From an uncultured delta proteobacterium (lineage in GTDB: Bacteria; Desulfobacterota; RBG-13-43-22): a DNA stretch of 64,000 nucleotides. The stretch lies in assembly GCA_963711835.1 (NCBI GenBank), contig CAVQFQ010000022.1, positions 15,887 through 79,886 of the forward strand, written 5' to 3'. How positions within the stretch are numbered: position 1 is the first letter of the stretch; the number at the start of each line of letters is the position of its first letter. Made by a program: the position numbers and the translations under genes. Under the pieces are notes generated by a model. The model saw nothing but the letters and a program-made list of their open reading frames with translations, was not told where the DNA came from and ran no database searches. Of the stretch, positions 19,614-30,558 are shown one piece after another.

Positions 19614-19694
19614 ATCTTGAAGGCTGGAAAGAACCAGGAATTCCAGGTGGGCAGGTATGATCATTCTCCAAGCGGCTCAAAAAATTTTATTAAA

Positions 19695-20093
19695 ATGACC
19701 GGCCAAGGTTCCAAATATTATCAGAACTTCCGCCGGTTAGACTTATCGCAGCCCATCCTCCTATTAGCCCTAATAGGATTCTTCATCCTTTTTTTAACTA
19801 TTTTTATACCGATCGATAAGGCCGCTGCAGTTCAAATTACGCTGGCTTGGGATGAAAACCAGGAAGCGGATCTGGCCGGCTATAAACTCTATATCGGCAA
19901 TGCCCCGCGACACTATCAAACCAGCATTAACCTCGGCAGGATAACCCAGTACACCCAAAATTTTGCCGATGGGACGGTTTATTATTTTACCCTGACGGCC
20001 TACAATCAGCAGGGCTATGAAAGCGCTTTTTCCAATGAGGTCAGGTTTCCCGGGTGGGGCTTTCAGGTCTTCCTGCCCATGATTCGGCGCTGA
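19695..20093 (+). CDS. Exported fibronectin type III domain protein
   Basis: Hydrophobic leader; ITLAWD..EADLAGYKLY...YYFTLTAYN..GYESAFSNEV; C-terminus VFLPMIRR. Confidence 0.85.
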   Translation: MTGQGSKYYQNFRRLDLSQPILLLALIGFFILFLTIFIPIDKAAAVQITLAWDENQEADLAGYKLYIGNAPRHYQTSINLGRITQYTQNFADGTVYYFTLTAYNQQGYESAFSNEVRFPGWGFQVFLPMIRR

Positions 20094-20112
20094 AGAGGGT
20101 CCGCACTGTTTT

Positions 20113-20370
20113 CTAAGTCCATTTTTCTTTTTCTTCCTGCTTATCCGCGCTGCTGGATTCCTTCCAGAGCCAAATCACCAGACTGATCAGCCCCATCCAG
20201 GCCGATAGACCGGCAAACAGGGCCATAAAAATTCTAAACTTAAATTCCGTTCCTTTAATCCCCATGGTTATCAGTAAAAAAATCACCATACCCAACAGGA
20301 TTAGACCCAGTTTTTTAAGCACCCGCTTCATGCCATCCCCTTTCTTCCAAACCAAACCTCGAAGTTGCAT
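20113..20370 (-). CDS. Small two-TM membrane protein
   Basis: Two hydrophobic helices; start uncertain. Confidence 0.55.
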   Translation of the reverse strand: MQLRGLVWKKGDGMKRVLKKLGLILLGMVIFLLITMGIKGTEFKFRIFMALFAGLSAWMGLISLVIWLWKESSSADKQEEKEKWT

Positions 20371-20538
20371 AAAAATTGATCGGTAGAGAGTTTTTTATCA
20401 ATTTTGAACGATACCAATCTGTTGCCCTTTCCAAAAGAGGTGGAGAAATTCTGTTTGACAGTTCTGAATATTAAAGCCTATATAGCATATAATTTTAAAT
20501 GCTGCATCCGATTTAAAGGTGTTCAGGAAAGGGATGGT

Positions 20539-21183
20539 ATGATTGACCTGGCCAAAGCACGGGAAAAAATGGTCCGGGACCAGTTGGTTCCCCGGGGGAT
20601 AAAAGATTCCCGCGTCTTGGCGGCTATGGGAAAAGTTCCCCGACACCTCTTTGTCGAGGAACCTCTCTGGGGGGAGGCCTACAGTGATTACCCCTTGCCG
20701 ATCGGCGACGGGCAGACCATATCGCAACCCTATATTGTGGCCTTGATGACCGAGGCCTTAGGGCTTCAGGGCCAAGAAAAAGTTTTGGAGATCGGAACCG
20801 GTTCCGGGTATCAGACGGCTGTCTTGGCTGAACTCTGTCAAAAGGTTTATTCCGTTGAACGACTCCGTAACCTGGTCCAGCGGGCCAGGAAGGTCCTCGA
20901 CCAGCTTAATTATTTTAATGTCTTAATCAAGGTCTTTGACGGAACCCAAGGCTGGCCAGAGGAGGCCCCTTTTGAGACGATTATAGTGACGGCGGCTTCT
21001 CCCGGGATCCCGGAACCTCTGCTTGAGCAATTGGCCGTCAATGGCCGAATGATCATCCCCGTCGGAGACAAATTTTCCCAGTCCTTAAAAAAAATTATGA
21101 GAACGGAAAAAGGCTTTCGGGAAGAAGATCTGGGCGGGGTCCGATTTGTCAGCCTGATCGGCCGCCATGGCTGGAGCGATTGA
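20539..21183 (+). CDS. pcm: Protein-L-isoaspartate O-methyltransferase
   Basis: VPRHLFV, GQTISQPY, VLEIGTGSGYQ. Confidence 0.96.
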   Translation: MIDLAKAREKMVRDQLVPRGIKDSRVLAAMGKVPRHLFVEEPLWGEAYSDYPLPIGDGQTISQPYIVALMTEALGLQGQEKVLEIGTGSGYQTAVLAELCQKVYSVERLRNLVQRARKVLDQLNYFNVLIKVFDGTQGWPEEAPFETIIVTAASPGIPEPLLEQLAVNGRMIIPVGDKFSQSLKKIMRTEKGFREEDLGGVRFVSLIGRHGWSD

Positions 21184-22492
21184 TTTTCCGAGAGATGCGT
21201 TTAACCTGATTCAAGACTTCCTCCAGGTCGAAGGCCACTATCGACCGATTTCGCATGACTATCCTTCCCCCGACCATGACGGTATGAACATCAGCCCCGG
21301 AGGCGCTGTAAACCAGATTGGAAAAGACATTATAAAGAGGCGTTAAGTGCGGCTTGGCCAGATCAATCAGAATCAGATCGGCCTCTTTGCCTTTTTCCAG
21401 GGAACCGATTTTCCCCCCCTGGCCGATAACCCCGGCTCCATCCAAGGTGGCCATCCGGAACACGGTTCGGGCATCCAAGACCGTCGGGTTTAGATGGTGA
21501 ACCTTTTCCAGTCGGGCGGCAGCGGCCATTTCCCCAAAAAGATCCAGGTCATTATTACTGGCACTGCCGTCGGTTCCTAATCCGACCCGGATTCCCTTGG
21601 CCTGCAACTCCAGCACCGGGGCGATCCCGGAAGCCAGTTTCATATTGCTCTCCGGACAATGGGCCACGGCCGTTCCGGTTTCACTCAGGAGGTCTATTTC
21701 CGAGGGGTCCAGGTGGATGGCGTGGACGGCAACTGTCCGGTCATCCAGAAGGTCGAGCTGATGGAGGTGGCGGACCGGGGTCCTTCCATAGCTTGCCAGT
21801 ACGGCTGAAACCTCTTCTCTGGTTTCCGCCAGATGGATATAAAAGGGGAGATTTTTCCGGCGACTGATGGCCTTAACTTTTTTCAGGGTCTCGGGAGAGC
21901 AGGTGTAGGCTGAATGGCAGAAAAGGCCGGTTTGGATTAGCGGGGAAGCGTTTTGCCAGTCCTCTACGAATCGGACGGCCGACTGGATATTTTGTGAAGG
22001 ATCAGGGATTCCGGGAATAGGAAAATCCAAAATACCCGGGCAGAGTAGGGCCCGCATTCCGGATCGTTCCACAGCCTGGGCAACCCGGTCCATAAAGAAG
22101 TAGCCGTCGGCAACCGTGGTTGTCCCTGACCGGATCATTTCAGCGCAGGCCAGAAGGGTTCCCCAATAGACCGATTCCCGGTCTAAAAAATGGGCTTCGG
22201 CCGGAACAATATATTTTTCCAGCCAAATTTTCAGGGGTAGATCATCGGCCAAGCCTCGAAAGAGGGTCATGGGGGCATGGCTGTGGGTATTGACCAGACC
22301 GGGCAGGACTAAAAAGCCCTTGGCATCGATAATCTCCTTGACCGGCAGTCTTGCTGTTCCCGGATCATAGGGTCCGACATAGTGAATCAGACCCTCCCGG
22401 ATGCCGATCATCCCCCGCTGAATGGGGTCGGGAAATTCAGATGAACCGGTAATTATGAGTCCGTCCTTGATCAGATAGTCCAACATGGGCAT
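21149..22492 (-). CDS. Amidohydrolase, MTA/SAH deaminase-like (paralog 2)
   Basis: [37 protein letters not shown]. Confidence 0.9.
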   Translation of the reverse strand: MPMLDYLIKDGLIITGSSEFPDPIQRGMIGIREGLIHYVGPYDPGTARLPVKEIIDAKGFLVLPGLVNTHSHAPMTLFRGLADDLPLKIWLEKYIVPAEAHFLDRESVYWGTLLACAEMIRSGTTTVADGYFFMDRVAQAVERSGMRALLCPGILDFPIPGIPDPSQNIQSAVRFVEDWQNASPLIQTGLFCHSAYTCSPETLKKVKAISRRKNLPFYIHLAETREEVSAVLASYGRTPVRHLHQLDLLDDRTVAVHAIHLDPSEIDLLSETGTAVAHCPESNMKLASGIAPVLELQAKGIRVGLGTDGSASNNDLDLFGEMAAAARLEKVHHLNPTVLDARTVFRMATLDGAGVIGQGGKIGSLEKGKEADLILIDLAKPHLTPLYNVFSNLVYSASGADVHTVMVGGRIVMRNRSIVAFDLEEVLNQVKRISRKINRSSHGGRSG

Positions 22493-22507
22493 CAGGGAGA
22501 TGGGCTA

Positions 22508-23851
22508 TTAGGCTTGGTGGTTATAGCGGAGGATTTCCTGGGCCAGCAGGTTAACCTGCAGTAGAATTGATTTCAGATCCAGGCTCAGTAATTGCCGGTC
22601 TTTTACAACCCGTTGGCCGTTAACAAACACCTGAGTGACATCGGCGCCCCTGGCGGCATAGACCAGCTGAGAGTAGATACTATAGAGGGGTGTTAAATGG
22701 GGCTGGTCAAGGTCCAGAAGGATAAGATCCGCCTTTTTGCCGGGTTCCAGGGAACCGATTTTATCCTCCAGGCCCAGGACCTTGGCGCCCTGGCAGGTGG
22801 CCAGACCCAGGACGGTTCGGGCATCCAGGACCGTAGGATCCAAATGGTGGACCTTGTGAAGTTTGGCCGCGGAATCCATCTCCTGAAAAAGATCCAAGTT
22901 GTTGTTGCTGGCGCAGCCATCGGTCCCCAACCCGACGGTTATTCCCCGCTTAAGCATCTCCACCACCGGGGCCACCCCGGAAGCCAGTTTCATGTTGCTT
23001 TCAGGGCAATGGACTACCCTGACCCGGGCCTTTTCAAGGAGGTCCAGATCCTTTTCCAAAACCACCACGCAGTGGACCGCAATCAGGTTTGGGGATAATA
23101 GGCCCAGGCGGTCCAGAAACTCAACCGGGGTAGCCTGAAAACGTTCTTGAACGGCTGCCCACTCTGATCGGGTTTCAGCGAGGTGGATCTTCAGGGGAAC
23201 CTGAAATTCTTCGCTTAAGGTCAGGGCTGTTCTTAGGAGGTCGGGAGAACAGGTAAAGGGGCTATGGGGTTCGACCGCCACGGAGATCAAAGGGTCGTCT
23301 TTAAAATCCTGGATAAGCCGGCGGGTATAATCGAAGCCCTTTTCCAGGGGACCGTAATTGGGGGAAGGAAAATCGTACAAGACCTCGCCCACCAAGGCCC
23401 GCATTCCGGCTTGGCGGGCCGCCCGGGCTACCTGGGCCTCAAAGAGATACATATCGCAAAATGAAGTGGTCCCGGAAAGAAGCATTTCAGCACAGGCCAG
23501 GAGCGTTCCCCAATAGACCCACTCAGCCCTCATCCTTGTTTCAGCCGGGAAAATATGTTTTGTAAGCCAGTCCGTTAAAGGCAGATCATCAGCCAGCCCC
23601 CGGAAAAGGGTCATAGCGGCATGGGTATGGCTATTGATCAACCCGGGCAGGATCGCCCCCCCCTGGGCGTCGATCACCTCAGCGGCCCTTACTTCCAGGG
23701 GAAGGAGGTCTTTTTCCGGCCCCACAGCCCAAATAGCGTCTTTGTGAATGGCCAAAGCGCCCGGGTGGTAGATCTCCAGGGCTGGATTCATGGTTACCAC
23801 CAGGCCGTTCTTGATAAAAAAATCGATGGAATCGTTCCCGTTTTTTTTCAT
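22508..23851 (-). CDS. mtaD: Amidohydrolase, MTA/SAH deaminase-like (paralog 1)
   Basis: [37 protein letters not shown]. Confidence 0.88.
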   Translation of the reverse strand: MKKNGNDSIDFFIKNGLVVTMNPALEIYHPGALAIHKDAIWAVGPEKDLLPLEVRAAEVIDAQGGAILPGLINSHTHAAMTLFRGLADDLPLTDWLTKHIFPAETRMRAEWVYWGTLLACAEMLLSGTTSFCDMYLFEAQVARAARQAGMRALVGEVLYDFPSPNYGPLEKGFDYTRRLIQDFKDDPLISVAVEPHSPFTCSPDLLRTALTLSEEFQVPLKIHLAETRSEWAAVQERFQATPVEFLDRLGLLSPNLIAVHCVVVLEKDLDLLEKARVRVVHCPESNMKLASGVAPVVEMLKRGITVGLGTDGCASNNNLDLFQEMDSAAKLHKVHHLDPTVLDARTVLGLATCQGAKVLGLEDKIGSLEPGKKADLILLDLDQPHLTPLYSIYSQLVYAARGADVTQVFVNGQRVVKDRQLLSLDLKSILLQVNLLAQEILRYNHQA

Positions 23852-25107
23852 AAAGTTAGTTTGGAGATAACCCCTTTGACTAAATGCCTCAAGGCGGGTT
23901 CGGCTTCCTGGGCGGTCTTGATAATGGCGGCGATGGAAGCCGGTTCCAGACAGTCGGGCAGATTGACATTGGAGATTACCGAGAGGCCCAGGATCCGAAG
24001 ACCGGATTGAACCGCTACGATGGCCTCCATAACGGTCGACATGCCGACAGCCTGGGCCCCCAGGGATCGCAGGAAGCGGGTTTCCGCTGGGGTTTCAAGG
24101 CTGGGGCCTTTGACGCCCAGATAGACCCCTTTCCGCAAGGGTATCCGTTTTCCCAAGGCCACCTTTTCTGTTAGGGCCTGAAGCTCCCGGTCATAGACCT
24201 GAGACATATCCGGAAACCGAGGCCCCCAATCTTCACGGTGGGGACCTATCAGGGGATTTTCTCCGGTAAAATTGATCTGATCGGTCAGCAGCATGATATC
24301 GCCGGGACGGAATAAGGGATCCAGTCCCCCGGCGGCGTTGGATAGGATGATAACCTTAAGGCCCAAGGCTTTCAGAATCCGGATCGGAAAACCGATCTCC
24401 CAGGGAGAATACCCTTCATAAAGATGGAACCGCCCCTGGAGGGCCAGCACGTTTTTACCGGCCAAGGTTCCCCCGATCAAACGTCCTTGATGGGAAGCCA
24501 CCGTAGAATGGGGGAAATCGGGCAGGTCCTGATAGGAAATAATCCGGGCTTGACGGATGTGTTCGGCCAGGCCTCCCAGGCCGGTACCTAAAACCAGTCC
24601 GATGCCGGCCTCAAGAGGAATTTTTTTCCTGATAAGCGATAACGTTGTCTGGAAAGAGTCATCCGCTGGCCTTGAGTTCCTGGTTCCTTTATTGGGCGAC
24701 AGCCTCTGCTTAAAATAGTCTTCTAAAATCAGGGCATGGTCAAAAGCCAGAGGGGAGGGGAGGGCCTTTCGGTCAAAGACCCCGATCGTCAAGGCATCGT
24801 CCTGGGCCCGGGCTGTGCCCTTCCCCCGAGCGATAAAAACGGTGCTGATGGTATGGTGGCGGGGATCTCTTCCGGGATTGGAATAGGTCCGGAATTGGCG
24901 CAGGCCGGCCAGCGCGAGCGAGGTCTCCTCTCGGGCCTCCCTGCCGGCGGCCTGCTCCAAGGATTCACCAACCTCCACAAAGCCACCGGGTAAGGCCCAG
25001 CCTAAAGGAGGATTCTTGCGTTTGATCAGGACGATCTTATCCCCTTCCATTTCAATAATGACATCAACCGTGGGCAGGGGGTTCTTATAAAAACGGGCAG
25101 CGGACAT
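23848..25107 (-). CDS. NUDIX hydrolase joined in-frame to purine-nucleoside phosphorylase
   Basis: Nudix box [22 protein letters not shown], then [30 protein letters not shown]. Confidence 0.85.
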   Translation of the reverse strand: MSAARFYKNPLPTVDVIIEMEGDKIVLIKRKNPPLGWALPGGFVEVGESLEQAAGREAREETSLALAGLRQFRTYSNPGRDPRHHTISTVFIARGKGTARAQDDALTIGVFDRKALPSPLAFDHALILEDYFKQRLSPNKGTRNSRPADDSFQTTLSLIRKKIPLEAGIGLVLGTGLGGLAEHIRQARIISYQDLPDFPHSTVASHQGRLIGGTLAGKNVLALQGRFHLYEGYSPWEIGFPIRILKALGLKVIILSNAAGGLDPLFRPGDIMLLTDQINFTGENPLIGPHREDWGPRFPDMSQVYDRELQALTEKVALGKRIPLRKGVYLGVKGPSLETPAETRFLRSLGAQAVGMSTVMEAIVAVQSGLRILGLSVISNVNLPDCLEPASIAAIIKTAQEAEPALRHLVKGVISKLTL

Positions 25108-25493
25108 TAGACCTCTTTTCTTTTAAGCGCAAACTCAGGACACCTTCCCGGACAAATCTCCATTTTGAGAAGGCACCGGCTATTCACCTGGTGGATACAG
25201 GAAGGGTAGCTCAATCCCGATTCAATAAAATTCTTGCAGGCGATTCCGGCCATTTCCTTTATATTATGATTGACGATATAGCGTTGAGCAACCCAGCCCT
25301 TCCGGTCCTGCAGGGTCAGGCCGAACCGTTCCAACCGTTTTAACCGCTCCAGTGTCCTGTGCCCGATTCGTTTTCTTTCCAGGATCAGGGTGCATAGTTT
25401 CTCTTCCTGAGGCGGATCTGTTTTCCCTATCAGGCAATGTCCCCGTTTATAATGGAGGCAGTTTTTAGCGGATAGTTTTTTGACCTGGGCCAT
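25107..25493 (-). CDS. Cys-rich hypothetical protein
   Basis: 8 Cys in an ORF abutting the NUDIX-PNP start; ATG at 25493. Confidence 0.6.
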   Translation of the reverse strand: MAQVKKLSAKNCLHYKRGHCLIGKTDPPQEEKLCTLILERKRIGHRTLERLKRLERFGLTLQDRKGWVAQRYIVNHNIKEMAGIACKNFIESGLSYPSCIHQVNSRCLLKMEICPGRCPEFALKRKEV

Positions 25494-25534
25494 ATCATAC
25501 GAAGGGAAATATCCGTATTCATAGTTCTTGGTTC

Positions 25535-25720
25535 GTATCAATTTAGCTTTTTATAAAATTTTTGGCACGGATTTCACGGATTCCTGATGCTTATTTTCCC
25601 TTTGGAAGGACGCAGGGGAAAAATCATACTGCCCTCGAGGGCCGGAAGGCAAGGGATTGGCCACCTTGCCAATCCCTTCTTAACTTAACCGTGTTTATCC
25701 GTGAAATCCGTGCCAAGAAA
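25535..25720. repeat. Palindromic intergenic element, family A, copy 2
   Basis: Same ends as 2904-3092 with a different interior hairpin. Confidence 0.85.
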
Positions 25721-25721
25721 A

Positions 25722-26171
25722 TTAGCCTGGTAAGCGTTCGATTGGATCTCCGGGTCGAACCAGCCCTCCTTTCAGGATGCGGGCAAAAATGCCTTCCTTG
25801 GGCATGACGCAATCGCCGGCCAGGCGGTAAATGGCACAGCGATCATGGCAGACTTTTCCGATCTGAGTTACCTCCACAACGGCCTCTGTCCCCAGGCGAA
25901 GAAGGGTGCCGACCGGCAAATCAGGAAGAATAAGTCCCTCGGTGGTGATGTTTTCCGCAAAGGAGCCCGGACGGACCTTCAATCCCAATCGGCGCATTTT
26001 TTGGATACTTTCCATTGCCAGCAGGCTGACCTGGCGATGCCAGTCGCCGCCGTGGGCATCTCCCTCGAGGCCGAAAGCCTCAACTAAGCGCCCTTCAGGG
26101 ATGTTTTTCTTTGGGACCCCCTTCAGGTCGCTGGTGGAAACCGCTATAATTTTCATATCAGATTTTTTCAC
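25722..26171 (-). CDS. MOSC domain protein
   Basis: GDAHGG..HRQVSLLA, FAENITT, TQIGKVCH.RC...GDCVMPKEG. Confidence 0.92.
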   Translation of the reverse strand: MKKSDMKIIAVSTSDLKGVPKKNIPEGRLVEAFGLEGDAHGGDWHRQVSLLAMESIQKMRRLGLKVRPGSFAENITTEGLILPDLPVGTLLRLGTEAVVEVTQIGKVCHDRCAIYRLAGDCVMPKEGIFARILKGGLVRPGDPIERLPG

Positions 26172-26424
26172 GCCAGAGTTCGAAGACGACTACATTATCC
26201 GGATCAGGGCAGGCTACCTGCAGTCGATCGGGATCCTTGGACCAGGGGAATCCCCCGCCGAATTTCAGGACCGTATAGAAAGGGAAAATGGTATGCTGAA
26301 CCCACTGGCAGACAGGGGAACCCAGCTCGTCGAAGGCAAAGACATCTCCGATCTTGTGTCCGTAAGAACAAACCCCTTTCCCCCGAATTTCAATAATTTT
26401 ACCTTTGACTGTGTACTCGGCCAT
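26158..26424 (-). CDS. TIGR04076-like small protein
   Basis: G.C..GHKIGDVF...C...CPDPDN.VVFEL. Confidence 0.75.
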   Translation of the reverse strand: MAEYTVKGKIIEIRGKGVCSYGHKIGDVFAFDELGSPVCQWVQHTIFPFYTVLKFGGGFPWSKDPDRLQVACPDPDNVVVFELWREKI

Positions 26425-26827
26425 AAAGGGTCCTTTCCCGAACCAAGCGTTAAAAGATCGTAAAATTGTAGGGGTTAAACTTTAATTGTCAAGATATTTT
26501 GTCATATTTCTGGGAGGGGAGGGATTCATTTTTTTATTGCAAAATCTTCCGGGCTGGTTTAGTTTTTATCCTTAATAGGTGTGAGAATTTTACCTGAAAC
26601 AGAGAGGTTTTTGAATTATCCCTTTCCTTCATCCAAAAATGCCCTTTCATGAAACCGGAACAGGGTGCCATCGTCAATAAAATCTTCCCGGTCGGCGCTC
26701 AGACAGGGCTCGCGGCCGTGATTTTCCTTTTACCATCGTTCGTTCCAGTCAACCGCAGCCGCCCGCTTAACCGGGGTATCGGTACGGCTGGCCCAACCCA
26801 ATAGGCTTTAATTTTTCGGGTGTTGAA

Positions 26828-27337
26828 ATGGATTCAAGATGTTCCCCCTTCAGAAAAACCAGCCGGATTTCGAAAGATCAGGGCGGATTTTCCATGATCG
26901 AACTGATTATGGTTCTGGTCATCGTCGGGATTCTGGCGGCCGTTACGGTTATTCTGAGCTTAGGAGATAATAGCATTAGGGCCATTGCCGAGGCCAGCGC
27001 CCTGAAAAACAATTTAAGGTTTACCCAATCAAAAGGCATGAGCGATCTTCGTGGAACCATCTGGAGCCTGAATATAACCGCCAACGGCTACAGCATCCAA
27101 CGAAACGGCGCCGCCCCCATCCCGGCGGTTAACCTGCCGGGCAGTGATCCGGCCAATCCCGCTGCCTATAGCCTGCCTTCCGGGGTGTCCGTTAGCGGAG
27201 GGACCGGGCAGGTTCGATTCGATTTTCGCGGTCGGCCAATAGATAATCTGGGGAGTCCTTTAAACGCCGATCTCATGATTACGGTCTCTGGGGCCCCGGC
27301 CATCACCGTCACCCGAACCACAGGGTTCATTCCATGA
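26828..27337 (+). CDS. Minor pilin/pseudopilin (FimT/MshC-like)
   Basis: G/FSMIELIMVLVIVGIL. Confidence 0.88.
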   Translation: MDSRCSPFRKTSRISKDQGGFSMIELIMVLVIVGILAAVTVILSLGDNSIRAIAEASALKNNLRFTQSKGMSDLRGTIWSLNITANGYSIQRNGAAPIPAVNLPGSDPANPAAYSLPSGVSVSGGTGQVRFDFRGRPIDNLGSPLNADLMITVSGAPAITVTRTTGFIP

Positions 27338-27777
27338 TGCCGACGATCAAGAAAAAAAACAGGGGGTTCACTTTTTTGGAGATTTTGATCACGGTTTTAT
27401 TGATCGGAATGGTGGTGGCCTGGATGATCCCTAACTTCTGGTCCCAGATCGTTCATCCCACCAGCGGAATTCTGCCCAGCCTCTTGCCGGCTGAAAACCT
27501 CAGGGCTGCCGCAGAATTGCAGGCCATCATGGAAAATATGAATGCCCGCTATCTGGCGATCAGCCCCAAGACCTCCACCGCCTTAGAGACCTTTCAGGGA
27601 GATATCAACAGCAATACCTATAATTTTGGAACCTACACGGTCCTGGAAAATGCCTTTATCCGCTTCAGCAGCGGAACGGAAGCAGCGGATACCAGCGGGG
27701 CGCATACCATTCTCAAGGTCACCATCACTAATAGCAACGGGGGGACCTTGACCCAGCTTTTTACAGACCAGGATTAA
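27334..27777 (+). CDS. Minor pilin/pseudopilin
   Basis: KKKNRG/FTFLEILITV. Confidence 0.88.
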   Translation: MMPTIKKKNRGFTFLEILITVLLIGMVVAWMIPNFWSQIVHPTSGILPSLLPAENLRAAAELQAIMENMNARYLAISPKTSTALETFQGDINSNTYNFGTYTVLENAFIRFSSGTEAADTSGAHTILKVTITNSNGGTLTQLFTDQD

Positions 27778-27792
27778 GAATCAGCAACCGGC

Positions 27793-28283
27793 ATGAAACG
27801 ATTGAGAAGCCGCTCGGATTCACTTTAATAGAATTAATCGGCTCTATTGTAATTTTGGGCTTGCTGTCCCTCATCGGGACCCTGGGTATAATAAATGTGA
27901 TCGACGGCTATCGGTTTGCCGCCAACAATGCCGAGCTGTCTCAGAAGGCCGAGACGGCCCTGATGCGGATGACGATTGAATTAAGCTACCTGGTGACAAA
28001 CGGCATCCTTTCGGGAACGGCAACTTCGATTAATTACCGCTCCGATTTTGGTTCCGGTAATGAGGACCACACCCTTTCTCTGTCCGGTTCCCAGATCCAG
28101 TTGGACACCATTACCTTGACCGACCTGGTGGATGTCAATGGCTTCCAACTGCTATATTACGCATCCGATGGGGTCACCCAGGTCAGCCCGACCAGCGCCA
28201 AAATCATCGGGATTTCCTTGACCCTCAGGGGCGCCAATAATTTAACCCGGGTTTTTAATACCCGGGTAGCCTTACGGAGTTAA
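27793..28283 (+). CDS. Minor pilin/pseudopilin, 1-nt frameshift in the leader
   Basis: GGA TTC ACT TTA ATA GAA (G/FTLIE) at 27816 is out of frame with ATG 27793. Confidence 0.8.
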
Positions 28284-28413
28284 TTTATCAGGGCTTGTTA
28301 GCGGCAGTGGGGGGGAAGGGGCTATGTATTGGGATCCTTGTAGATAAATATCATTTTTTCAAATAACCTAACTGTTACAAGTTTTCAATCTGACCATCTT
28401 GGAGGTTGACCCA

Positions 28414-30091
28414 ATGATGTCCCCAAGGACCAGACTCTTCAATACCAAGGGATTCAGTTTCATCTATGTAATCTTCGTTATGATCCTTCTGGGGGGACTG
28501 GGGGCGGCGGTGTATACCATTACCACCAGTTCCAGTTATACGGCCTTAAGCGAACCCAGCAGGAATCGGGCTTACCAAGTGGCCCTGGCCGGACTAAATT
28601 ATGTCGGACAACGGCTTAAGGCCGGCACGGTCTTAACCACCTTAAACGGACAGACCTATACCCTGGGTAAGTAATCGCGGCCAGTTTACTCTAACCGTTA
28701 CTGCGTCGGGACTCAATTCCCTGGTAACCTCGGTTGGAACGGTGAACAGTACCGACGGCAATTTACTGGCCAGGGTTCAGTTATCTAAACTGTATCCTCC
28801 CTTAGGCCCCCCCACGAATCAGGAAGTCCTGAAGACCACTTTTACAAACTTACAGGCCTTCGAACCCAACAGTCTAAAAGATGCTGCCAACCATCGGATG
28901 ATCCGGATTGGGGAATATGTGGCCACCGGCGGTCTTCACTTGTACTGGGCCGCTTTTACCGATTTGGGGACCTATCCCCGCCCTGATGCCGATAACCCCG
29001 GCTGCAACATGGGCTTTCATGTGGGGAAAATGCACGAAAATTTTGTCCAGCAGCTCCGCCATTCCTGGAGAGATTATGGCTATGTCAATTACGACGTCCA
29101 GGTCAAGAACGGCTGGTATAAAGACCTACCGGCGGCCGTTTCCGGGCTCAATTTCCGCTGGCATGAGGTGCCCCTTAACTCCGGCCTCTACGAGGGCTAC
29201 GGGCTGGCCTTTATGCGTTATACCTATGACCAGGCCGGCTGCGGAGCCGGGTATGACTATATTCCCAACAGCATCAAGCCACCGGGGATGGCCAACAGAC
29301 TGCTGCTGATCCTTTGGGAACAGCGGGTGGAAGGCGGGGCGGAACACCGGCGCTGGCTGGCCTATGCCGACCTGGGCACCCCGGCCTCGTGGCCCAATCC
29401 CCGCTCCGGAAATGACCTGAAGGTCGTTGGGGCCCAGGATAATGTAGACGGCCTGTTGAACGATGACTCCATTTTAATCGCCCGGGTCAAGGAAAAATTC
29501 GTCCAGGGACAGCGGATTAACGAAATCTCGGTTTTTTATGGGGACGCTTCTCCCTATTACAATGCTTCCGCCCAGCGGACGCCGGGTTCAGTCTGTACCG
29601 ATGTCAACCGGAAAAGGATGGTACCCGAATGGGTCGATTCAAATCTGTTCCCAACCTGGCCGTCCAATAAATTAGGGTTATTTGCCTATACCGATCTCGG
29701 GATACCCTACAGCATTACTAATTTCTGGTTCCCGGATCCCTCCCGGACCAGCGATCCCACCTATTATGACTTTTTCACCTTACCCAGTTGTTCCTCCAAG
29801 ATCGGGCCGGAACCGCCTTCGACTATACCGTTTTTAAATCCGGTGCCCTGGATCATCAATCCCGCTTTTACCGATCCGAACCCCGACCCCTACGTCAATC
29901 CCTCCAATCTCAATCTGGTAAAAATGCTTTCCGACAAGGCCAGCCTGCGCACCTATAAGTTTATCCTGTCCGATTTTGACGCTCAAGCCCCGGAAGTGGG
30001 TCTCCATGGCATGGGTAATCTGAATGATTCCAACCGGGTAGTGGCCTTTGACGACTGGGCTGTTCAAATCTTGGGACTGTCTGAATTATAA
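28414..30091 (+). CDS. PilX/MshP-like pilin with a large C-terminal domain, frameshifted near 28670
   Basis: KG/FSFIYV (no Glu5), AYQVALAGL; continues into ORF 28742-30091. Confidence 0.7.
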
Positions 30092-30103
30092 GGAGATCTG
30101 AAT

Positions 30104-30472
30104 ATGAATCGATTTCTAAGGGTTTTTTCAATTTTAATCGCGGCCATTTTCCTTTCAACCTCGATCAGCCTGGCCTTTGTCTCCCCGGCGGATTACGAAA
30201 AAATCAAAAAGGCCAAAAAAGACAAGACCGTTCAACTGGAAAAGAAAAAAAAGATCGCCGGACCGGTTAGAGCCGGCCCCTTCCGAGGGTTTCGGGGTGG
30301 GTTTTTCCGGCCTCTCCTCGGCCAGATAACAGCCATTGATTCCAAACACTTGAACCCTTACAATCGCGTGGAATCCTTGACCCCTTTCTCCCAACTTGTT
30401 GGGAGAAAAGCCATAAGAATTGTCTTGGTTGGAAATTATTTTCAAAGAGCCCAAATTTATATTGAAAAATGA
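30104..30472 (+). CDS. Small exported hypothetical protein (3' end uncertain)
   Basis: RBS AAGGAG; signal peptide ending ISLA. Confidence 0.5.
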   Translation: MNRFLRVFSILIAAIFLSTSISLAFVSPADYEKIKKAKKDKTVQLEKKKKIAGPVRAGPFRGFRGGFFRPLLGQITAIDSKHLNPYNRVESLTPFSQLVGRKAIRIVLVGNYFQRAQIYIEK

Positions 30473-30558
30473 TTTTAATCCATATATATAGTAAGGTACA
30501 AATAAGAAACCACTATATAATGTAGTCAAATCTTCTTTCCGCATAGGAATCAGGCTCT

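Noticed and set aside
26600-26827. c-di-GMP riboswitch upstream of the pilus locus
   Set aside because: No GEMM consensus motifs recognisable
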